Positions 21,202 to 29,773 of a stretch of DNA of 64,000 nt are shown here, piece after piece. Origin of the DNA: Parcubacteria group bacterium Athens0714_12 (lineage in GTDB: Bacteria; Patescibacteriota; Patescibacteriia; UBA2591; VMGY01); contig VMGY01000001.1 of assembly GCA_007378955.1 (NCBI GenBank), forward strand, positions 38,804 through 102,803. Direction: 5' to 3'. The first letter of the stretch is position 1. Every line of letters starts with the position of its first letter. The position numbers and the translations under genes were made by a program. The notes under the pieces were generated by a model that was given only the letters and a program-made list of their open reading frames with translations, was not told where the DNA came from and did not search any database.

Positions 21202-21230
21202 TTGATAAACTGCTTTAAATAAGGTAAGAT
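21202..21230 (+). promoter_or_regulatory. Sigma70 promoter, probably leaderless
   Basis: TTGATA-N17-TAAGAT, 7 nt before ATG 21238. Confidence 0.5.
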
Positions 21231-21237
21231 CGTAAAA

Positions 21238-22362
21238 ATGCCCAAAGAAAAAAAAACAAAATTAAAAACATCTAATTTATATCCTTACAAAAAAATTGTA
21301 AACGTTTATCTTTTTTTAACCGTAATTTTAATTATCTCCATATTTTATTTAATTTCTTCAAAAGCCTTGGTTTTAATTATTTTTGAACCGGAAAAAATCA
21401 GTTCTAATTTCATTATCCAGCTCGGCTCTGAAACAAATTTGGAAAAAGAAACCATCAAAAGCGAATTTGCCGAGGAAATTATAGAAAAAGAAGAGACCTT
21501 TTCGCCCAAATCCGAAACAATGGAAAGCAAGGCTTCGGGAGAGGTGACAATTATAAATAATTACGGCAAAAATCAGCCGTTAGTCGCCACGACCCGCTTG
21601 CTTTCGCCGGAAGGGTTTTTATTCAGAACCGCTGAATATGTGATGGCGCCGGCAGGCGGCAAAGTTAAAGTCAAAGTTAAGACCGACCAAGAAGGGCAAA
21701 AATACGAAATTGGACCGTCCACCTTTACCATTCCCGGCTTATGGGAAGGGCTTCAGGATAAAATTTACGGCCAAAGCTTTGAACCAATGAAGAGAAATGT
21801 TAAAAAAATAAGCGCGATTATCCAAGAAGATATAGACAAAGCCAAAGAAAAAATTAAAGGAGACGCGGTTAAAGAGGTTTTAGAAAAAATAAAAAACGAG
21901 CCCAAAATTATTAAAACGGAAATTCTGGAAGAATTTTCCGACAGCCAGCCGAATGAGGAAAAGGAAAATTTCAAAGTTAAGTTAAAAATAAAAATTATGA
22001 TGATTGACTTTAGCGATAAATCATTGGAAGATTTTCTTTCTTTTAGTTTTAAAGCTTTAATCCCGCAGGAAAAAAAATTATTGTCCATTAATAAAAATAA
22101 TTTAACTCATACTTTATTAAATTACGACTCGGATAAAAAATCCGGAAAAATAAAAGTTTCCGCGGAAGGCAACTTCGCGCCTGATTTAGAACTTTTAAAT
22201 TTCCCCAAAGATAAGCTTGTCGGCTTAACTGAAGAAGAAGTTAAAGAATATCTTAAAAATTTTACAATCATCAAGGATGTTAAAGTGGAATTAAAGCCTT
22301 TTTGGCTTAAAACTATGCCTTTATTAAGCGATAAAATTGAAATTAAAATCATGGGAGAATAA
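21238..22362 (+). CDS. Membrane-anchored hypothetical protein with baseplate-J-like region
   Basis: TM, then KASGEVTIINN..QPLVATTRL..FTIPGL; ends PFWLKTMP..KIEI. Confidence 0.65.
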   Translation: MPKEKKTKLKTSNLYPYKKIVNVYLFLTVILIISIFYLISSKALVLIIFEPEKISSNFIIQLGSETNLEKETIKSEFAEEIIEKEETFSPKSETMESKASGEVTIINNYGKNQPLVATTRLLSPEGFLFRTAEYVMAPAGGKVKVKVKTDQEGQKYEIGPSTFTIPGLWEGLQDKIYGQSFEPMKRNVKKISAIIQEDIDKAKEKIKGDAVKEVLEKIKNEPKIIKTEILEEFSDSQPNEEKENFKVKLKIKIMMIDFSDKSLEDFLSFSFKALIPQEKKLLSINKNNLTHTLLNYDSDKKSGKIKVSAEGNFAPDLELLNFPKDKLVGLTEEEVKEYLKNFTIIKDVKVELKPFWLKTMPLLSDKIEIKIMGE

Positions 22363-22425
22363 TATGAAATTGAAAATTAGAAATGATTTTGAAATTTATT
22401 TTTTGATTTTTTATATTCAAATATT

Positions 22426-24168
22426 ATGCCTAAAATAAATCAATCTCAATTAGAGATAATGCGCCATTCTTGCGGCCATTTGATGGCCGCGGCTGTGCAA
22501 AAACTTTTTCCCGAAACAAAATTTGGCATCGGACCGAACATAGAAAACGGTTTCTATTATGATTTTGAATTGCCTGCAACTTTAACGCCCGAGTTTCTGC
22601 CAAAAATCAAAAAAGAAATGAAAAAAATGATCGGGCAAAATCTGCCTTTTATCAAAAAAGAAATGCCCGTTGATGAAGCGATTAAATTATTTAAAAGCAT
22701 AAACCAGCCTTATAAAATTGAATTATTGGAAGAAATGAAAAAGCAAGGCGAAAAATCGGTCAGCATTTATCAAACTGGCGATTTTATCGACCTTTGCCGA
22801 GGACCGCACCTTAAATCAACCGGAGAAATCGGCGCTTTTAAATTAACGAAAATAGCCGGCGCTTATTGGCGCGGCAATGAAAAAAATAAAATGCTCACCA
22901 GAATTTACGGCTTGGCTTTTTCCCATGAAGAAGAATTAAATAATCATTTAAAAGTTTTGGAAGAAGCGGAAAAAAGAGACCACCGGAATTTAGGCAAAGA
23001 ACTGGAATTATTTTCTTTTGAAGAAGAAATCGGCGCGGGCCTGCCCTTATGGCACCCAAAAGGCGCTTTTCTCCGCCATTTAATTGAAAATTATCTTTAT
23101 AAAGAATTAAATTCATCCGGCTACCAATGGGTGGTAACGCCGCATATCGGCAATATTAATCTATGGAAAACTTCCGGCCATTGGAATTTTTACCGCGAAA
23201 ATATTTATTCGCCGATAAAAATCGACGAGGAAGAATTTTTATTAAAGCCGATGAACTGCCCTTTTCATATCAAGATTTATAATTCTAAAATTCGCAGCTA
23301 TAAAGAATTACCCATCAGATTCGCTGAATTTGGCACAGTCTACCGTTATGAAAAATCAGGCGTTCTGCATGGCTTGACCCGAGTCCGCGGCTTTACCCAG
23401 GACGACGCTCATATTTGGTGTACTTTAGACCAATTGCCGAAAGAAATAAACAATCTTTTAAAAGACGGCTTAAAAATCCTCAGAAGATTCGGCTTTAAAG
23501 ATTTTAATATTTTTCTTTCCACCCGGCCGGAAAAATTTACCGGCGACCCTAAACATTGGGACAAGGCGGAAGAATCTTTGAAAAACGCCTTGGAAAAATC
23601 AAAGCTTAATTACCAAATTGACCCTGGCGCCGGAGTTTTTTACGGCCCTAAAATTGACATTAAAATAAAAGACAGTTTAGGCAGAGAATGGCAATGCACC
23701 ACCATTCAAGTTGATTTTAATCTGCCGGAAAAATTTGAATTAAATTATATCAATAAAGAAGGCAAGAAAGAACAGCCGATTATGATCCATCGCGCTCTTT
23801 TGGGCTCTTTGGAAAGATTTATCGGCGTCTTAATAGAACATTACGCCGGCGCCTTTCCAGTCTGGCTGGCGCCAATTCAAGTTCGCGTCGTCCCTGTCGG
23901 CTCCAAGCATATTAAAGCCAGTCAAAAATTAGCCCGAGAATTAAAAGAAAAAGATATCAGATGCGAGGTTGATGATTTGAATGAAACAGTCGGTTATAAA
24001 GTCAGAAAAGCGGAAAAACAAAAAATTCCTTATGTTTTAGTCATCGGTGATAAAGAAATAGACAGCAAAAATTTAACAGTCAGGATCAGAGGCAAAAAAG
24101 AAATGATTAAAATGTCCAGAAAAAAATTTGAAGAAAAAATCAGAGAAGAAATAGAAAAGAAAAAATAA
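22426..24168 (+). CDS. thrS: Threonine--tRNA ligase (no TGS domain)
   Basis: RHSCGH, DLCRGPH, KPMNCPFH, RVRGFTQDDAH, IHRALLGS. Confidence 0.98.
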   Translation: MPKINQSQLEIMRHSCGHLMAAAVQKLFPETKFGIGPNIENGFYYDFELPATLTPEFLPKIKKEMKKMIGQNLPFIKKEMPVDEAIKLFKSINQPYKIELLEEMKKQGEKSVSIYQTGDFIDLCRGPHLKSTGEIGAFKLTKIAGAYWRGNEKNKMLTRIYGLAFSHEEELNNHLKVLEEAEKRDHRNLGKELELFSFEEEIGAGLPLWHPKGAFLRHLIENYLYKELNSSGYQWVVTPHIGNINLWKTSGHWNFYRENIYSPIKIDEEEFLLKPMNCPFHIKIYNSKIRSYKELPIRFAEFGTVYRYEKSGVLHGLTRVRGFTQDDAHIWCTLDQLPKEINNLLKDGLKILRRFGFKDFNIFLSTRPEKFTGDPKHWDKAEESLKNALEKSKLNYQIDPGAGVFYGPKIDIKIKDSLGREWQCTTIQVDFNLPEKFELNYINKEGKKEQPIMIHRALLGSLERFIGVLIEHYAGAFPVWLAPIQVRVVPVGSKHIKASQKLARELKEKDIRCEVDDLNETVGYKVRKAEKQKIPYVLVIGDKEIDSKNLTVRIRGKKEMIKMSRKKFEEKIREEIEKKK

Positions 24169-24191
24169 AAAACATTATAAAATTTTTTATA

Positions 24192-24366
24192 GAGATGGTT
24201 ACAAAACTGCTTCGTCGCGAAATTTAGATAGTTTCAGCCAAGACGAGGAAAACAAGCAAAATGATTTGAGTCGTAATAGAATTACGGCGAAAATCATTTT
24301 GCGCAGTTTGACGAAGTATTGGCTGAAAATAGCAAATTACAGCAGAAGTAGTTTTGTAACCATCTC
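24192..24366. mobile_element. 175-bp MITE-like long-hairpin element
   Basis: Perfect 17-bp terminal IR GAGATGGTTACAAAACT; pairing continues inward; ATA on both flanks; non-coding. Confidence 0.8.
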
Positions 24367-24369
24367 ATA

Positions 24370-25038
24370 CTAGTAATTCGTAAAATAATTGATTTTTGCT
24401 TGAGACCTAAGAGAATTAATTAATAAATTAGCCGCCTCTGACATTTTTTGCTGTTCAATTTGATCTTTAATCTGCGCTTTATAACTATCTTCCTGGCCTT
24501 TGGGAATCTCAACTTTATTATCTTTAATGTATTTTGCCACTTCATCATCAGTAACTTGCACTTGGTCAGCGAGAAGTTTTTCTAATTTTTTTTGAATAAC
24601 AATCTTTTTCTTAAAATTCTCTTGCGTTAAGCCCTGCGCCGCGAGCGCTTGCGATAACGTCATGCCCTGCGCTTCAACTTGATTTTCCACGTTTTTTATT
24701 TCCGCGTCAATTTCATCATTGCTTACCGTAATTCCTTTTTTTAGCACTTCGTCATTAATAAGTTTTTGGGTGATAAGCGCGTCCAGCGCGTTTTTACCCG
24801 ACACGCTTTCAAGCTCTTTAATGACAGCAAACCGGCTGATGGGAGTTCCATTTACCATAGCGGCAATGAACAATCTTTTATAATAAAAAGCGAAAAATCC
24901 GATTAGAACGACCAAAACAACAATCGCCGCAATTTTTATGCCAAAAAGCCTTTGTCTTTTAATCTCTTTTAAATAATTTTCTCGTGTTAGAGGAGATTCT
25001 GTTGTTGTGGGTTGCGTTGTTTTAAAATTTTCATTCAT
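24370..25038 (-). CDS. SurA N-terminal-domain / PrsA-like chaperone
   Basis: TM, then AAMVNGTPIS, LITQKLI, VTDDEVAKY, LRSQAKI; no parvulin domain seen. Confidence 0.8.
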   Translation of the reverse strand: MNENFKTTQPTTTESPLTRENYLKEIKRQRLFGIKIAAIVVLVVLIGFFAFYYKRLFIAAMVNGTPISRFAVIKELESVSGKNALDALITQKLINDEVLKKGITVSNDEIDAEIKNVENQVEAQGMTLSQALAAQGLTQENFKKKIVIQKKLEKLLADQVQVTDDEVAKYIKDNKVEIPKGQEDSYKAQIKDQIEQQKMSEAANLLINSLRSQAKINYFTNY

Positions 25039-25167
25039 AATTAATGTTTTAAAATTATTAATTTAATCGCCGCTCTATTTGTGGCAGTGTATATTAATTA
25101 TTATAGCTCATTGCCTTAAATCTTTCAAGAAAAGGCGCGACGAGATGAACATAATTATCTTAATGGA

Positions 25168-25947
25168 TTAAAAAAGAGTTTTGCGGTTATATTTTCTTTC
25201 TTCCTCGCCGGCTGCCGCGCGATAACGGCAAAAATCGCAATCAGGCGAAGCGCCGGGAATATTGTCGCTCATTAAACATTTGCGCGCTTCAAGTAAAACG
25301 TTTTCAATCCAAGAATCATCGCCTTTATAAGGGATTAATTCAATATCAAATTCTAATTTGGCGTCAAAAGCCTTACAGTCTGTTTTGCCATTGCAATAAA
25401 CAAAATAACCAACCGGCGAAACTTGGTAGCCATTTTGGCGAAAAAGCCATTGATAAATTTCCATCTGCCTCTTATAGCCAATCTGCCAATCCGCGTCCAA
25501 GTTTAACTGCCCTGTTTTTGAAGTCGCTTTGTAATCAACAATGATAAATTCTCCCTTTGGATTAACCCAAAGGTCGTCAATTCCGCCGGTAACAAAAAAA
25601 TTGCTCGGCTTGTGCAAAAAAGCGATTCCGCCGCGCAAAGCGTCTCGCCAAAAATCCAATTCTTTATGCGCCAAAGGCACCGCGTCAAGGCCATAAGTTT
25701 TCATTAAAGGATGGATTGTATTTTTTGCCCGATGAAGGTCAAATTCTTTTTTGAGCAACGCGTCAACCGCGGAATTAAGGGTGAAAGGATAACCCGGCGG
25801 CTGGCCGACGCCCAATCGCCTGTCAAGATAAAAACAGCGCGGACAATTCAAAAATAAATCAATTTTTGAACGGCTTAATCTGAAAGGATATTTTGAATTC
25901 GGGTCAAATAAATTCGATTTTCTTTTAGGGGTATAATATTTTGACAT
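25168..25947 (-). CDS. PD-(D/E)XK nuclease, Cas4/AddB-like with four Cys
   Basis: LSRSKI..CPRCFY, GGIDD..IIVDYKAT, QMEIY, C-terminal CDFCRY. Confidence 0.85.
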   Translation of the reverse strand: MSKYYTPKRKSNLFDPNSKYPFRLSRSKIDLFLNCPRCFYLDRRLGVGQPPGYPFTLNSAVDALLKKEFDLHRAKNTIHPLMKTYGLDAVPLAHKELDFWRDALRGGIAFLHKPSNFFVTGGIDDLWVNPKGEFIIVDYKATSKTGQLNLDADWQIGYKRQMEIYQWLFRQNGYQVSPVGYFVYCNGKTDCKAFDAKLEFDIELIPYKGDDSWIENVLLEARKCLMSDNIPGASPDCDFCRYRAAAGEEERKYNRKTLF

Positions 25948-25973
25948 ATGATTATTGAACAGTTAAAATTTGA

Positions 25974-26001
25974 TTGATAATTGATAATTGATAATTGATA
26001 A
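25974..26001. repeat. Tandem heptamer (TTGATAA)x4
   Basis: Four perfect units between the helicase and nuclease genes. Confidence 0.9.
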
Positions 26002-26024
26002 TTTTCACGTTTTGCGATAAAAAA

Positions 26025-27665
26025 TTATCGCGCGTCAGATTCTTTCAAAAACAGCCGCGCGAGGCGCAGTTCGCGGTAGGAAAAACTTTCGCCGAGAATC
26101 TCGCGGACCACCGTCAATCTCGTATCCCCGGTCTCCTTAAAAACATTTTTTATTAATTCAAACCTTTTGCCCCATGGCCGCAAATATGACAAATCAAGGT
26201 TTTCATCCCGCTCAATTAATTTTTCCAGATGCCCTAAAATCGTATCCTCGGTCAAGCCGCGCTTTTCGGCAATTTCTTTAATGGAAAATTTTTGTAAAAC
26301 TAACATTTCCGTTTCCTCATATGTTGAAACGGATTTTAATTTTTCCGCCGGCGCGACAGATTTTAAAAATTCTTCCTGATTTTTTTCTTTTTCCAATTGG
26401 TTTAATTTTCTTAATCCAATACTAACCATCTCTGACATTCGCATTAATTCTTTATCTAATAATAACACTTCTTCATTGACTTGAAGAGCGATCTGATTCA
26501 AGCCCATCAATTTCAATCCCTCAAATGAGCGGACCCGCGAAAGCGCGACATAACCCATTCCTTCAACAAATGATTTGGAAAGGTCAATTTCCACCGCGTC
26601 CAAGCTCATCCCCTGGCTTTTATGCACGGTGATTGCCCAGGCCAAACGAAGCGGTATTTGGATAATTTCCGCTTTCGCCATCCCCTCTTCTTCTATCCGC
26701 CAGCTTTCCGGGCCGGCGATTATTTCTTTTCCTGTTTTACAAACCCGTACCACGGGAAAACCGTCTTCGTCAAAATCTTCAACTATACCAAGAGTGCCGT
26801 TCACGTAGCCTTTGTCAAAATTATTTTTAACAAACATCACCGCCGCTCCCCTTTTAAGTCGCAATTCCTCCGGCGCAAGACAGTTTTTTTTGAGAAAAGC
26901 CGCCAATTTTTTGTTGCCGCGGCTAGTCGCGAAATATGTTTTCATCTCTCCGCCAAGCGCTTCAAGATTTTTCTTATTGATAATATCAACATCAATATTA
27001 TGCGTGTAAAGTTTGGTCGCGGTAGAAAAATTTCGCGGACTTTTTTGGTATCTTTCTCTTAAAAATGACAATGTCCGCTCTCCCGCCTTATTCGCCCTGA
27101 TGTCGTTTAAGACTTTGATTAAAACGTCATCGCCCTGCCGATACTGCTCGCTTAAATAACAAATCTTTAAATTCATTTCCTGCCATATTTTTGATTTATT
27201 GGCAAAAGTTCTTTCCGTGCTGTTTTTTGAAACCGGTGGCAATTGAAAAAAATCTCCGCAAAGGACGACTTGCATACCGCCGAATGGCCGATTGTCTTTT
27301 TTGAAAGCCCGGCATACTTTATCAACCAAATCCAAATAAAAATAATGAAGCATGGAAACTTCATCGATGATTAAAACTTTGGTTTTTTCAAACCTTTTGG
27401 CGAGATAACGTTTTTTTGAAAGATCGCTGATTTCTCTTTCAGACATACTCTCTTTTATGCCGATTCCCGCCCAAGAATGAATCGTGATGCCATTCAGATG
27501 CGTGGCGGCAATTCCCGTGGAAGCGGTAACGCCGACGCCGACGCCCTTATTTTTTAAAAAATCAATATAAGCGTTAAGCGCGAATGTCTTCCCGCTTCCG
27601 GCCGGTCCAGTCAAAAAAACATTTTTTCCTAATTTTAATATTTCCAACGCCTCTTTTTGTGTCAT
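26025..27665 (-). CDS. PIF1-family SF1B helicase with C-terminal HTH
   Basis: GPAGSGKT, IIDEVSM, GDFFQLPPV, AWAITVHKSQG, YVALSR; C-terminal IAEKRGLTEDTILGHL. Confidence 0.92.
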   Translation of the reverse strand: MTQKEALEILKLGKNVFLTGPAGSGKTFALNAYIDFLKNKGVGVGVTASTGIAATHLNGITIHSWAGIGIKESMSEREISDLSKKRYLAKRFEKTKVLIIDEVSMLHYFYLDLVDKVCRAFKKDNRPFGGMQVVLCGDFFQLPPVSKNSTERTFANKSKIWQEMNLKICYLSEQYRQGDDVLIKVLNDIRANKAGERTLSFLRERYQKSPRNFSTATKLYTHNIDVDIINKKNLEALGGEMKTYFATSRGNKKLAAFLKKNCLAPEELRLKRGAAVMFVKNNFDKGYVNGTLGIVEDFDEDGFPVVRVCKTGKEIIAGPESWRIEEEGMAKAEIIQIPLRLAWAITVHKSQGMSLDAVEIDLSKSFVEGMGYVALSRVRSFEGLKLMGLNQIALQVNEEVLLLDKELMRMSEMVSIGLRKLNQLEKEKNQEEFLKSVAPAEKLKSVSTYEETEMLVLQKFSIKEIAEKRGLTEDTILGHLEKLIERDENLDLSYLRPWGKRFELIKNVFKETGDTRLTVVREILGESFSYRELRLARLFLKESDAR

Positions 27666-27766
27666 AATTATAATTATTATCGCGCTTGATATGTAATTAA
27701 TTACTTACATCCATTATACCAAAAACCGTCGTTTACGGCGATTTCTAAAATCTTAAATAATAGATT

Positions 27767-27895
27767 CTGTGAATTACGAAATGCGTTTTTTAAAACAAAA
27801 ATACGCGGGTAGATTGGAGCCTCTGCTCCAATCTTAGCTAATCTTGCTCCGAGTAGAGGCTCGGAGCTACCCATTTCGTATTTCGTAATTCACAG
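27767..27895. mobile_element. 129-bp MITE-like element with candidate target-site duplication
   Basis: IR CTGTGAATTACGAAATGCG / CGTATTTCGTAATTCACAG; inner GAGCCTCTGCTC/GAGTAGAGGCTC; ATAGATT at 27760-27766 and 27896-27902. Confidence 0.78.
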
Positions 27896-27909
27896 ATAGA
27901 TTATTAATT

Positions 27910-28197
27910 TTATTCTTTAATAATTTTTCCATTCAATATAACACATTCAATAAAAAATAATGTTAAATAAGCAAAACTTAGAGCAACCATAAATGAAATA
28001 TTATATTTCAAAGGTATATTCTTATGTATTATTTTTTCATTTCTTATGACTCACGAATTATCTAATGCCAAAACTATATCTCTACTTACCCCAAACTTTT
28101 TTCATTTATCATTGGAGTCCCTTAGATAAGCTAATTTTTTACTAATTTTACCTTTTTTATTTATTGAAAATGTATGTGGATAACTTATTGTTTTCAT
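27910..28197 (-). pseudogene. Possible gene remnant: 96-codon frame broken only by two TGA
   Basis: No TAA/TAG for 95 codons in very AT-rich DNA; contains RDIVLALDNS and a hydrophobic C-terminal segment. Confidence 0.35.
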
Positions 28198-28219
28198 TTC
28201 GGTGAATGTTCGGTATAAT
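28175..28219 (+). promoter_or_regulatory. lexA promoter with DnaA box and candidate LexA operator
   Basis: TGTGGATAA at 28175-28183; TTTTCA(28191)-N17-TATAAT(28214); direct repeat TTCGGT-N5-TTCGGT at 28198-28214. Confidence 0.6.
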
Positions 28220-28290
28220 GATCGTATATAATAAATTTAATACTCTCGTCAATCTTCGCCAAGTCTTTGATTGACGCAATCAATAATTTT

Positions 28291-29760
28291 ATGCCTACGC
28301 TTACTAAAAGACAAAAACAAATTTACGATTATATTAAAAGCTATGTAGAAAAAAATGGCCTCTCCCCTACTTTTAATGAAATAAAAAAACATTTCAAATT
28401 GTCGGCTGCTTCAACAGTCCATCAGCACATTGGGGCTTTGGTAGAAAAAGAAATGCTTATTAAAAATAATTACAACTCTCGCGGAATTGAATTAAATAAA
28501 AAAAATAGAAAAGATTTAATCAAAATTCCTCTTGCGGGAACTATTGCCGCCGGCCAACCAATTGAAACGTTCCAAACAAACGAAACAATCACGGTTCCTA
28601 AAAATCTTCTTTCAAAATCCGGCGAGCATTTTGCCCTTAAAGTTAAAGGCGACAGTATGATTGACGAAGGTATTTTTGACGACGACACTGTTATAATCAG
28701 AAAACAAGATACCATTGAAAACGGGGAAACTGCGGTCGCTCTGATAAACGGCAATGAGGTTACATTAAAAAAAATATACAAAGAAAAAAATCGCATCCGG
28801 CTTCAGCCGGCGAATCCAAATTTAAAACCTCTTTTTGTTAAAAATGTTATCATTCAGGGCAAAGTTATCAGCGCTTTTAGAAATATAGAAAAAATTGAAG
28901 AAGAAGATACTATTTTAAAATCTGACGAAAAATCAAAAGGACTTGCGGCAATAGAGCAAAAACATTATTTCAATAGAAATAATTTTGTTTTATACCATAG
29001 CGACTGCGTCTCAATGCTCAATAGTATGAAGGAAAACTCTGTGGATATGATTTTCGCTGATCCGCCTTATCTTCTTTCAAATGGCGGTTTTAGCGTTCAT
29101 GCCGGGCGGCGCGTAAGCGTTGATAAGGGCGAATGGGATAAAAGCAACGGACTTAAAAAAGATTTTGAATTTCATCTTGAATGGATACAAGCCGCGAGGC
29201 GCGTTCTAAAGCCGCACGGAACTATTTGGATTAGCGGCACTTACCATTCCATATATCAATGCGGTTTCGCGGTTCAGGTCGCCAAATTTCATATTTTAAA
29301 CGATATCGCGTGGTTCAAGCCAAACGCTTCTCCGAATTTAAGTTGCCGTTATTTCACCGCAAGCCACGAAACCTTGCTTTGGGCGCGTAAAGATAAAAAC
29401 GCAAAGCATGCTTTTGATTATGATTTGATGAAAAATGGCAACTGGCCGGAAGATCAGCTCAAAAAACCCGGGTTTCAGATGCGTTCGGTTTGGGCGATGG
29501 GAACGCCGAAACGGATTGAAAAAAAATTTGGGAAACATCCAACGCAAAAACCGGAGGATTTATTAAAAAGAATTATTCTCGCGAGTACAAATAAAGACGA
29601 TTTAGTTGTCGATCCATTTACCGGAAGTTCTACGACAGGAATCGCTTCCCATCTTTTAGGAAGGCGCTTTATCGGCATTGATACCGAAAAAAAATATTTA
29701 GATTTATCAATTAAACGATTTGAAGAATTAGAACGTAATTTAAAAAATCCATCAAATTAA
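28291..29760 (+). CDS. lexA: LexA repressor fused to beta-class (N6/N4) DNA methyltransferase, DpnA-like
   Basis: LTKRQKQI winged HTH, IAAG cleavage site, GDSM Ser, VTLKK Lys; then DPPY, HPTQKP, DPFTGS; single open frame, probable ATG at 28291. Confidence 0.92.
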   Translation: MPTLTKRQKQIYDYIKSYVEKNGLSPTFNEIKKHFKLSAASTVHQHIGALVEKEMLIKNNYNSRGIELNKKNRKDLIKIPLAGTIAAGQPIETFQTNETITVPKNLLSKSGEHFALKVKGDSMIDEGIFDDDTVIIRKQDTIENGETAVALINGNEVTLKKIYKEKNRIRLQPANPNLKPLFVKNVIIQGKVISAFRNIEKIEEEDTILKSDEKSKGLAAIEQKHYFNRNNFVLYHSDCVSMLNSMKENSVDMIFADPPYLLSNGGFSVHAGRRVSVDKGEWDKSNGLKKDFEFHLEWIQAARRVLKPHGTIWISGTYHSIYQCGFAVQVAKFHILNDIAWFKPNASPNLSCRYFTASHETLLWARKDKNAKHAFDYDLMKNGNWPEDQLKKPGFQMRSVWAMGTPKRIEKKFGKHPTQKPEDLLKRIILASTNKDDLVVDPFTGSSTTGIASHLLGRRFIGIDTEKKYLDLSIKRFEELERNLKNPSN

Positions 29761-29773
29761 ACATGAAAAATAT

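Noticed and set aside
21238-22362. Baseplate-J-like gene as a prophage remnant
   Set aside because: Single TM-anchored gene between dnaE and thrS with no other phage genes
22363-22425. T-box leader for thrS
   Set aside because: Spacer is only about 60 bp, AT-rich, and lacks the T-box consensus
25168-25947. Cas4-like gene as part of a CRISPR-Cas locus
   Set aside because: No repeat-spacer array or other cas genes seen in the window
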